The notes below the pieces were generated by a model. That model searched no databases. It worked only from the letters and a program-made list of their open reading frames with translations, and was not told the DNA's origin. Shown one piece after another: positions 1 to 8,031 of a DNA stretch of 64,000 nt. Position numbers and translations under genes: made by a program. The number at the start of each line of letters is the position of its first letter. Position 1 is the stretch's first letter. Source of the stretch: an uncultured Verrucomicrobiae bacterium (GTDB lineage Bacteria > Verrucomicrobiota > Verrucomicrobiia > Palsa-1439); contig CAWEWF010000014.1 of assembly GCA_963812605.1 (NCBI GenBank), forward strand, positions 64,001 to 128,000. The letters run 5' to 3'.

Positions 1-897
1 CTCAATGCCCGCGCCTGGGATGGCACGGGGCACATGCTCGTCGCGCAGGTTGCGTACGACCGTCTCAATGACAAGGCGCGCGCGCGCGTGGACGAATTGG
101 CCGCCAAACTTCACAAGGGCGATGCGCCATACAACGGCATCAATATCGCGTGCTGGCCCGACGACATCAAAGGGCCGGCTTCCGACCCGCAATTCCGCGG
201 CTTGTACAAACCGTGGCATTACATCGACATCGGCTGCAATCCCAACGATCCGGATCAATTCGCCAATCCTCCCGCGTTGACCCCGACCAATGGCAATGTC
301 CTCGTGGCGCTGACGCACTGCGTGGATCTCATTCGCAACAAGCAGTACGATGCGCTCGTGACGAACGAATCCGTCGCGCTGGCCATGGTCATTCATTTCG
401 TGGGCGATATTCACCAGCCGTTGCATACGACCGCGCGCTACAACCCGGACCCGAAGCCTGACGACAAGTTCAAGGATGACGCCGGCGGCAACGGCGTGAC
501 CGTGGCCAATCTTGGCGACGAGGTTTGGGGAAAGAACCTGCATTCGTTCTGGGACGAGGCGTATCGGCGCTACTACGAGAATGGCCAGGTCCAGGCCCTC
601 GACCCGCTCGACCATGCCGACGCGCCGGACAGTCCGCCGTTGAAGGAGTGGATGAAGAAACTTCCTCTTGATGTGCCTGGGAAGCTGGATACGACTTATG
701 ACGTGAAGAAGTGGATCATGGAATCGCACGAGATCGCCTGCACACAGGTCTATGGCACGCTCGGCGAACCCTACGGTGCCAAGGACATCAAGTTGAAGGA
801 AGAATACGTCAAACAAGCGACGAACACCGCGCGCCACCAGATCGTCGTCGCCGGCTACCGCCTTGCTGCACTGCTCAACGATCTTTACGGAAAATAA
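1..897 (+). CDS. S1/P1 nuclease (5' end truncated by window edge)
   Basis: Frame +1 open from base 1: AWDGTGHMLVAQ..., WPDDIK, WHYID, HFVGDIHQPLH, GGN, NLHSFWD, AGYRLA are S1/P1 nuclease motifs. Confidence 0.9.
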   Translation, partial: LNARAWDGTGHMLVAQVAYDRLNDKARARVDELAAKLHKGDAPYNGINIACWPDDIKGPASDPQFRGLYKPWHYIDIGCNPNDPDQFANPPALTPTNGNVLVALTHCVDLIRNKQYDALVTNESVALAMVIHFVGDIHQPLHTTARYNPDPKPDDKFKDDAGGNGVTVANLGDEVWGKNLHSFWDEAYRRYYENGQVQALDPLDHADAPDSPPLKEWMKKLPLDVPGKLDTTYDVKKWIMESHEIACTQVYGTLGEPYGAKDIKLKEEYVKQATNTARHQIVVAGYRLAALLNDLYGK

Positions 898-930
898 ACT
901 CGTACAGTCGAGTGGTCGCGCAGCGAATAC

Positions 931-969
931 AAAAAGACGCGCTTCGGATACCGAAGCGCGTCTTTGTTT
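931..969. terminator. Bidirectional intrinsic terminator
   Basis: AAAAAGACGCGCTTCGG-ATA-CCGAAGCGCGTCTTTGTTT perfect hairpin with A/T tails between convergent genes. Confidence 0.85.
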
Positions 970-1001
970 CTGAAACAGGCGGTTGATCGGGATCGCTGTG
1001 T

Positions 1002-1385
1002 CTACCGCCCGCCTTCTTCGTGTCGCTCCTCGCGTGGAGGCGCAGCATGCGAAGGATATCGCGCCCGAATTTCCTCGTGACGCTCGTAAGGAACCCGCGT
1101 GTTCAATCTTACGTTCACGCGCGCCCTCTCATGAAGCACAATGGTCGGCGGCAACCGCCGGCCGTTGTGCCACCCGCCGCCTCCGAACCAGAAATAAACG
1201 CCGGTAGCGGGGTAAAAATAGACTTCTTCGTCGGGATAATAGTAGTAATCGTAGCCTTCGACAGCCACCGGTGGCGGCGGTGGTTGGGCGTACGGTCTTT
1301 CTTCATAACAGCCGACAAGCGCCACCAGCGCAGCGGCTCCGACCAGTGGTAACAACACGTCCTTGGATTTCCTCAGACCCTTCAT
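1002..1385 (-). CDS. Small lipoprotein, Tyr/Trp-rich hypothetical
   Basis: Signal peptide with lipobox LVGC, Pro linker, YYYYPD..VYF..YFW motif. Confidence 0.7.
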   Translation of the reverse strand: MKGLRKSKDVLLPLVGAAALVALVGCYEERPYAQPPPPPVAVEGYDYYYYPDEEVYFYPATGVYFWFGGGGWHNGRRLPPTIVLHERARVNVRLNTRVPYERHEEIRARYPSHAAPPREERHEEGGR

Positions 1386-1584
1386 AACATTCCCCTTTCC
1401 GTTGTCGTTCCTTGATGCACCAAAGAAACGTAAGCCCGGTTTTTAAACTCGTCAAGAGACGGGATGGAATTCCCAGCGCAGCGCTTGTTGTGGATACGAT
1501 TCCAGGCTTGCACTTTGGGATGCGTGAGAGTATTTAGCGATCAAGCTTGGAGATGGAGAGGCTCAGTTTGCGAGGTGATGGCAC

Positions 1585-3108
1585 GTGGCTACTTTCAATT
1601 CAGTTCCGCCCCGACATGAGGACACTGGCGGGGCCCATTACGGTTTTGACCCAATGCGGTTTGGTCTCATCGGCGCGGTGGTCCTGGCCGCCGTGATTGT
1701 TGTCGGGTTCGTTTTTGCCTGGTTCTACTGCCGCATCGAACCCCCCACCGGAACCTGTGCAATTCTGACGCGGCTTGACGGCAAGGATATTCCCGCCAAC
1801 GAGATCATCGCCACGTCGCCGGACCAGAAGGGAATCCAGTTGGATCCGCTGAGCGAAGGCCGCTATTTTCGCAATCCGCTGTACTGGCACTGGGAGATTG
1901 TGCCATTGGTGCAGATCCAGCAGAGCGAAGTCGGCGTGCTGGTGCGGCAGTTTGGCAAGACCGCGCCGCCGGGCCAGTTTATCGTGAAGGACAAGGAAGC
2001 GGACGGCACGCAGTATCGCGGGGTGATTGAGGAACCCCTGCGGCCGGGTACCTATCGAATCAATCCCAACGCCTATCACGTCGAGAAACGGCCCGCGGTG
2101 AAGATTGAACCCGGCGAGGTCGGCGTGGTCACGCTCCGTTACGGACGCGACCCGGCGGAGGCGAACACGATCCTGGTGAAGGACGGCGAACGCGGCGTGC
2201 AGGAGACGCCGTTGCGGCCGGGCACGTATTACCTCAACCCGTACATTTATCGCGTGGACGTGGTCGGCGTGCAGAGCCATAAGACGGAATTCGAGATCAA
2301 CTTCCTCTCGAAGGATGGTTTCCGCTTTCCCGTCAAGGGTGCGGTCGAGTGGGCGGTGGAGGAGGCGAAGGCGCCCGAGGTTTTCGTGAAGATCGGCGAC
2401 GAGGAGGACATCGTCAACAAGGTCATCCTGCGCTCGGCGCTCTCGATGAGCCGCATCCAGGGATCGAAGTACAGCTCCGCCGATGTCATCAGCGGTACGG
2501 TGCGCAAGGCCTTTCAGGATGAATTCAGCAAGCACATCACGTCCGAATCCGCGAAGAAGAACATCCTGGTGAAGGCGGCGCTGATCAGCGAGATCGAGCC
2601 GTCGCAAAAAATCGCCGAGCCGATTCGCGAGCGCGAGATCGCCATCCAGACCCGCGCGAAGTACCAAAGTGAAATCGAGCGCGCCAAGTCGGACGCGAAC
2701 GTTGCGCAGCAGATGAAAATGCAGGACCAGCGCGTTCGTTTCGTGACGGCGGAGACCACGCGCACCAACGAAATTCAAAAAGCCACGAAGGAGCAGCAGG
2801 TACAGGTCATCGCCGCGCAGCGCGACCTTGAAGTGGCGAAAAAAGACCTGGAGACGGCGGAGAACCAGTCCCAGGCGATTGTTTTCACGGGCCAGGGCGA
2901 CGCGGACGTGATTACCTATACGCGGACAGCGGAAGCGAACGCGCTGCGTTCGATCATCCTGCCGTTCGGCAACGGGGAGGCGTACGCGCGCTATTTGTAT
3001 TTGAAGAAGATCGCGCCGAACATCGATTCGATCCTCGCCAACTCGGACGGGCCGCTTGCGGAACCTCTGCGGCAACTATCGCTGTCGCCGAAAGGCGGCG
3101 CCAAGTGA
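1585..3108 (+). CDS. SPFH/band-7 (flotillin-like) membrane protein
   Basis: N-terminal TM helix, three G-x-(K/R)G...PG-x-Y-x-x-NP repeats, SKDGF SPFH motif, C-terminal coiled coil. Confidence 0.85.
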   Translation: MATFNSVPPRHEDTGGAHYGFDPMRFGLIGAVVLAAVIVVGFVFAWFYCRIEPPTGTCAILTRLDGKDIPANEIIATSPDQKGIQLDPLSEGRYFRNPLYWHWEIVPLVQIQQSEVGVLVRQFGKTAPPGQFIVKDKEADGTQYRGVIEEPLRPGTYRINPNAYHVEKRPAVKIEPGEVGVVTLRYGRDPAEANTILVKDGERGVQETPLRPGTYYLNPYIYRVDVVGVQSHKTEFEINFLSKDGFRFPVKGAVEWAVEEAKAPEVFVKIGDEEDIVNKVILRSALSMSRIQGSKYSSADVISGTVRKAFQDEFSKHITSESAKKNILVKAALISEIEPSQKIAEPIREREIAIQTRAKYQSEIERAKSDANVAQQMKMQDQRVRFVTAETTRTNEIQKATKEQQVQVIAAQRDLEVAKKDLETAENQSQAIVFTGQGDADVITYTRTAEANALRSIILPFGNGEAYARYLYLKKIAPNIDSILANSDGPLAEPLRQLSLSPKGGAK

Positions 3109-3611
3109 GCGGGCAACGGCGGGAACGTCGAATGCTCAACATTGAACTTTCAACGCTGAAAGAGGGAGGCGCGACCTACCAGGTTTACGACTTGGAGGAG
3201 AGACTTCTGGAGTACGCGGCAAGTATCATCCGTCTGGTGGAGCGGTTGCCTGCGACTCGTGCAGGCAATCATATCGCGGCGCAGTTGTTGAGGTCGGGGA
3301 CTTCGCCGTTGCCCAACCACGCCGAGGCACAAGCGGCAGAGTCGCGCAATGACTTCATCCACAAGTTAAGAATTTGTCTCAAGGAACTGCGGGAATCACT
3401 TCGCTGGTTGAAGCTCATGAGGCGCGTGCCGCTTTTACAGCCGGCGTCGCAAGTTGACGCGCTCCTGACGGAGACGGAAGCCTTGGTAAAAATCTTCGTG
3501 GCGAGCGTCCGCACCGCCACGGCGAAAAATGGTCGCCCGTCCGCAGTTGGACGTTCGAAGTTCAACGTTGGACGTTCCGAGTTGAATTCGTTGCAGGAAG
3601 GTGGGCAATGA
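3105..3611 (+). CDS. Four helix bundle protein (23S rRNA IVP-like family); true start possibly 3132 or later
   Basis: YDLEER...QLLRSGTS..N.AEAQAAESR.DFIHKL.I.LKELRE family motifs. Confidence 0.88.
   Translation: MSGQRRERRMLNIELSTLKEGGATYQVYDLEERLLEYAASIIRLVERLPATRAGNHIAAQLLRSGTSPLPNHAEAQAAESRNDFIHKLRICLKELRESLRWLKLMRRVPLLQPASQVDALLTETEALVKIFVASVRTATAKNGRPSAVGRSKFNVGRSELNSLQEGGQ
3123..3160. repeat. Period-7 degenerate repeat array (left flank of four helix bundle core)
   Basis: GAACGTC GAATGCT CAACATT GAACTTT CAACGCT; approximately reverse-complementary to the array at 3543-3586. Confidence 0.7.
3543..3586. repeat. Period-7 degenerate repeat array (right flank, inverted relative to 3123-3160)
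   Basis: GCAGTTG GACGTTC GAAGTTC AACGTTG GACGTTC CGAGTTG. Confidence 0.7.
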
Positions 3612-5227
3612 AGAACCGCACTTTCATGATGGTGACTGCCGGGGTGCTGGTGCTGCTGCTGGCGTACGTGTTCGTCTACGAAGGGTTTTGGGTTTGGGTG
3701 GTGGAGAATACCGTGGTGCCGTCGAACAAGATGCTTGTCGTGATCGCCAAGACGGGCCGGGAAATGCCGGCCGGCCAAATCATCGCGGAGCCCGGGCAAA
3801 AAGGCGTGCTCCTCGAACCGCTCGGCCCAGGCCGTCACTTCGTCAATCCGTTCCTGTACGAGCGGCAACTGAAAGACCAGGTTGTCGTGTCCGGCGGCGA
3901 AGTCGGCGTGGTGATCACCAAGTTCGGCAAAGAACTACCTGAGGGTGAGTTTCTTGCTGGTCCGGGGGAACGCGGCATCCAGCGCGAGGTGCTGTTGCCC
4001 GGCACCTACCGGCTCAATCCGTACGCCTACGAAATTCGGGTGGTAAAAATGATCGAGATCGATCCCGGTTACGTGGGCGTGGTCACGGCGCGTTCGGGCA
4101 AGCCCGCGGAAACGCAGTTGGCCGGTCCCGGTGAGCGCGGCGTGCAAAAGGTTGTCCTGCAACCCGGCTTGTACCCGCTCAATCCCGAGGCCTTTTCCGT
4201 CGAGCGCATCGAAATTGGTTACAACCAGATCACGATGGCCCACGCGGGCAAATTGCCGCAGTCGCAAACCTCGGGCCAGTTCGCCGGCAAGGAGAAACAG
4301 GCGGAAGCGATTGGCGAGGCGATGCAGCGGGCCCAGGTTCCCTCGGGCCAGTACGGCATTCCCGTCCTGCCCGCGGTAACGTTCCCATCGAGCGACGGAT
4401 TTGAGATCACCATCGACGTGACACTGCTCTGGCAATTGCTGCCGGAGGATGCGCCGTCGGTCGTGGCGCGGTACGGCAACATCAAGAAGATCGAGGAAAA
4501 CATCCTGATCCCGCAGATCAATTCCACCGCCCGCATCAAGGGGTCCACTTTTGGCGCGGTGGACTTCATCGTCGGCGACAAACGCGAGGAATTCCAGCGG
4601 GCGTTCCAGGAAACCATCGAGACGACGTTGCAGGAGAAGAAACTGCAAGTGGACCTCGCGCTCGTGCAGGACACGCTGGTCCCCGACAACATTTCGGGGC
4701 CAATTCAGGACGCGCGCATCGCGGCTGAGTGGAACATCACGAATGTCGAGAAGACAAAGACGGAAGCCAACAAGGCGGAACTGGACGAGAACATCGGCAA
4801 GATTCGCCAGGTTGAGCAGGTCGTCGAATACGAGACGCAGCGGCTGGAAGGCAACATCCACGCCGAGCAGGAAAAACAGGTGAATGAGACTGCCGCGCAG
4901 ACGCGGTTGCTCGTCGCGGAGTTGGCGCGGCAGACCGCCGCGATTCGAGCGGACATCAAACGCAAACTTGGCGGCGCCGAGGCAAAGGTGGTGGAACTCA
5001 AGGGCAAAGCGGAAGGCGACGGCTACGCCTTGCAGGTGAAAGCGGTCGGCACGCCGGCAGATTACGCGTTCTACCAGTTCGCCCAGCAATTGCCTGAACA
5101 GATGAAGCTGATGTTGATCTACGCCGGCACCGGCACGTTGTGGACGGACCTGGACAAGGCGATGAAGATTGCGCCGCTCGGCGTGCTACAGGAGCTGCAA
5201 CAAGGTCCGCCGCCCGCCAGCAAGTGA
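3608..5227 (+). CDS. SPFH/band-7 membrane protein, paralog of 1585-3108
   Basis: TM helix, three PG-x-Y-x-LNP repeats, FPSSDGF motif, coiled-coil C-terminus. Confidence 0.85.
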   Translation: MKNRTFMMVTAGVLVLLLAYVFVYEGFWVWVVENTVVPSNKMLVVIAKTGREMPAGQIIAEPGQKGVLLEPLGPGRHFVNPFLYERQLKDQVVVSGGEVGVVITKFGKELPEGEFLAGPGERGIQREVLLPGTYRLNPYAYEIRVVKMIEIDPGYVGVVTARSGKPAETQLAGPGERGVQKVVLQPGLYPLNPEAFSVERIEIGYNQITMAHAGKLPQSQTSGQFAGKEKQAEAIGEAMQRAQVPSGQYGIPVLPAVTFPSSDGFEITIDVTLLWQLLPEDAPSVVARYGNIKKIEENILIPQINSTARIKGSTFGAVDFIVGDKREEFQRAFQETIETTLQEKKLQVDLALVQDTLVPDNISGPIQDARIAAEWNITNVEKTKTEANKAELDENIGKIRQVEQVVEYETQRLEGNIHAEQEKQVNETAAQTRLLVAELARQTAAIRADIKRKLGGAEAKVVELKGKAEGDGYALQVKAVGTPADYAFYQFAQQLPEQMKLMLIYAGTGTLWTDLDKAMKIAPLGVLQELQQGPPPASK

Positions 5228-5238
5228 GGCCTGCGCTT

Positions 5239-5640
5239 ATGCCAGCGAACTTCGACCACCGCATCTTTCACCGACGCCGCAAGCTGTTCAAGGTCATCGG
5301 CCTCGTGCTCGCGCTGGCAGGCGTGTTCGTACTCCTGAACATGATGGGCGAATTACCCGAGGAGCCGCTGAAAGGCACCAGTGCGATCTTCGCGGGGACC
5401 GTGTTGGTTCTTTTTGGAATCCTTTTTCTCTACCAGGGCTACAAGCTCCCACTCGAAGAAGCGCTTGAACTCATCCACGAACGCGGACGCGGGGTCACCG
5501 AATCGGAAATCGTCCATGCCATGCGCGTGGACCAACCCACCGCCGGCCGCATCCTCCGCGGCCTCATTGCCAAGGGTTTCCTTCGCCGCGCCACCGAGCA
5601 GCCCAGTCACGCCGAGGAAGTCTTCGAGCCGGTAAGGTAG
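5239..5640 (+). CDS. Hypothetical two-TM protein with C-terminal winged-helix-like region
   Basis: Two hydrophobic helices then GVTESEIVHAMRVD...A..IL..L..KG; follows SPFH pair. Confidence 0.6.
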   Translation: MPANFDHRIFHRRRKLFKVIGLVLALAGVFVLLNMMGELPEEPLKGTSAIFAGTVLVLFGILFLYQGYKLPLEEALELIHERGRGVTESEIVHAMRVDQPTAGRILRGLIAKGFLRRATEQPSHAEEVFEPVR

Positions 5641-5783
5641 CGGCCGCGGTCGTGGAACTGAAAAGCGGTTTTTTTCTGGAACAAATCCCTCGCGCCCGCC
5701 TCGTACTGTGAAGATGGGAAATGGCGCGGTCGCCGCGATGGCCGGGGCTGCATTGGTCAACACAGTACGACGGGGGCTAGGGA

Positions 5784-6407
5784 ATGAGAACTGCGACGAA
5801 GTCGATTCTGATGGCGGGGGCATGTCTGGTGCTTGTGGGGATGACCGATCTGGCCGCAACAAACACAATCCAAATATACAACTTTAATTTCGGCACGCCA
5901 CCGTCCACCCATATTGATCCGGTCATCACCGTCGGCGACACGGTTACGTGGGTCTGGACAAATGGCACTCACAGCACCACGGCGGCGCCCGGACAACTGG
6001 AGAGTTGGGACTCCGGTGTGCAGTCAACGGGAGCGACATTCAGCCATACGTTTACCCAACTGGGCACGTTCAACTACTACTGCATGATTCACGGCACCTC
6101 TACGGGTTGCCGGGGTGTCGGCGCGATGTCGGGAAAGGTCATCGTGACGCTGCCCAACACGGCGCCGTATCCGATCACCGGAATTGTGGCGCAAGGCAGT
6201 GACATCAGCGTCACCTGGGTCACGGGCGGTATTTGCCAAACCAATATCTTACAGCGTTCGACCGGTGCGCCCGACGGCAGTTACACGAACACTTTCACGG
6301 ATATTTTCACCGTGTCCGGTGCCACTGGCAACACCACCAACTACCTCGATGTCGGCGCGGTCACCAATTTTCCGTTTTCCTACTACCGCATACACATACC
6401 GCAGTAG
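5784..6407 (+). CDS. Secreted cupredoxin/plastocyanin-domain protein with C-terminal 'YYR' domain
   Basis: Signal peptide; GDTVTW, HS, F.YYC.IH...M copper ligands; ends TNYLDVGAVTNFPFSYYRIHIPQ. Confidence 0.82.
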   Translation: MRTATKSILMAGACLVLVGMTDLAATNTIQIYNFNFGTPPSTHIDPVITVGDTVTWVWTNGTHSTTAAPGQLESWDSGVQSTGATFSHTFTQLGTFNYYCMIHGTSTGCRGVGAMSGKVIVTLPNTAPYPITGIVAQGSDISVTWVTGGICQTNILQRSTGAPDGSYTNTFTDIFTVSGATGNTTNYLDVGAVTNFPFSYYRIHIPQ

Positions 6408-6447
6408 TCAGGGGCGCCAAATAAGCCAGCGGGCACCACAAGGACAA

Positions 6448-8031
6448 CTAGGCTGAGGGTTCTTCTTTGCGATAACTGGAGACAACCCAGTCGCTGAGGA
6501 ATTTGTCGGGGTCGGCCAGGGCGGATTTGGGGATGACGAATTCAGACTGGCCGGCGTTGCTCTTCACCAGGTTCAGGCCGAACTGGTAGTCCTTGAAAAG
6601 CTCGCGGCAGAGGTCGGTGACGGATTTGTGGGCGTGCTGGGCGCGCTCAATGATTTCTTCGATCGCGTCGGGTTCCAGGCGCATCCGCAGTTTGTGTTTC
6701 TCCTCGAACCTTCGCTCGTAATCGTGGACGAGTTGGCGCATCAATTCGCGCTGTTCGTACGCCGGTTCGTTGAGGATGCGTTGCAGTTCCGCCTCGGGGT
6801 TCTCCACAAGCGAGCGCGTGACGACGAATTGCCGCACCGTCGAGGAGGGCAGCTCGAACTTGAATTCCCGCAGGGCGCGTTCGCAAACAGTGAGCAACCC
6901 GCGCGCGCCGGTGTTTTCGAGCGCGGCTTTCTCGGCGATGGCGTGCAAACCCTCGTCCGAAAACATCACGTCGATGCCAAACGCGTGGAAGCTCGATTCG
7001 TACTGCTTGATCACCGAGCCCTCGCTTTGCTTGAGGATATGGTAGAGGTCGGCGACCGCGAGTTTATCGAGGACGACGCGGACGGGAAGGCGCCCAATGA
7101 ACTCCGGTTCAAAACCGAATTTCACGAAGTCCTCCGTTTGCGCCCGCCGCTGAAGTTCCGCTTCGGTCACGGATTCCGCCAGGTGGCCGCCGAAACCGAT
7201 ATCCGCCTGGCGCACGCGCTTGCGGATGATCTCGAGCATCTGGTCGAAAGCGCCGCTAACGATGAAGAGAATGTGCTTGGTATTGATCGTCTCGCGTTTG
7301 ACCTTGCCGCGCCGCTGGTATTCGAAAGCGGCCTGCAATTGTGCCTGGATGTCCGTGGGCGAGCGGAGAGGGACTTCCGTTTCCTCCATGAGTTTCAAGA
7401 GATTGGTCTGCACTCCGCGGCCGCTCACGTCGCGCCCGATGATATTGGCGGGCGCGGCAATTTTATCGATCTCATCGAGGTAAACGATGCCGTAGCTCGC
7501 GAGGTTTACGTCGCCGTCCGCGCGGTGGATGAGCTCACGGACAAGGTCTTCCACGTCGCCGCCGACGTAACCGGTTTCGCTGAACTTGGTGGCGTCCGCT
7601 TTCACGAACGGCACGCCGATGAGGTCGGCAATCGTCTTGATGAGATACGTCTTGCCCACGCCCGTGGGGCCGATGAGCAGCACGTTTTGTTTTACGTAAT
7701 CGCGCAGTTCCTCGCCGTGCTCAGCGGCCTTGACGTGGTTGTAATGGTCGCAGACCGCGATGGCGAGGGCCTTTTTGGCGTCTTCCTGCTGGATGACAAA
7801 GCGGTCGAGATGCGCTTTGACCTCCTTCGGCTTGAGATGGAAATCGAACTCGAGTTCCTTGCGTTTTGGTTCCTCGCTCGGCGGCGCGGTTTCCACCGTC
7901 TCGGCCTGGGGCGAGGCAAAGACGACCCGGTCGCCAAACTCCTGTTTCATGAATTCAGAAAGTTTCTTCTGGATCTCTTCCGGCGACGGCAGTGGTTGGT
8001 CAGAACTCATATCATGGATACTGTAGCTCAC
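6448..8031 (-). CDS. ClpX-like AAA+ ATPase without N-terminal zinc finger (alternative start 8010)
   Basis: GPTGVGKT, KADATKFSETGYVGGDVE, LDEIDK, RDVSGRGVQ, IGF loop, PEFIGRLPV, TGARGL. Confidence 0.85.
   Translation of the reverse strand: MSYSIHDMSSDQPLPSPEEIQKKLSEFMKQEFGDRVVFASPQAETVETAPPSEEPKRKELEFDFHLKPKEVKAHLDRFVIQQEDAKKALAIAVCDHYNHVKAAEHGEELRDYVKQNVLLIGPTGVGKTYLIKTIADLIGVPFVKADATKFSETGYVGGDVEDLVRELIHRADGDVNLASYGIVYLDEIDKIAAPANIIGRDVSGRGVQTNLLKLMEETEVPLRSPTDIQAQLQAAFEYQRRGKVKRETINTKHILFIVSGAFDQMLEIIRKRVRQADIGFGGHLAESVTEAELQRRAQTEDFVKFGFEPEFIGRLPVRVVLDKLAVADLYHILKQSEGSVIKQYESSFHAFGIDVMFSDEGLHAIAEKAALENTGARGLLTVCERALREFKFELPSSTVRQFVVTRSLVENPEAELQRILNEPAYEQRELMRQLVHDYERRFEEKHKLRMRLEPDAIEEIIERAQHAHKSVTDLCRELFKDYQFGLNLVKSNAGQSEFVIPKSALADPDKFLSDWVVSSYRKEEPSA

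Noticed and set aside
3105-3611. Four helix bundle genes as Avd of a diversity-generating retroelement
   Set aside because: No reverse transcriptase and no TR/VR pair; differences in the 483-bp and 179-bp repeats are not adenine-specific
1600-5089. Long antisense ORFs 1600-3075 and 3935-5089, and similar ones at 6628-8211, 11378-13315, 13036-14556, 52019-53173, 55819-57132, 62976-63902
   Set aside because: Shadows of well-supported genes on the other strand, expected from high-GC codon bias; no motifs
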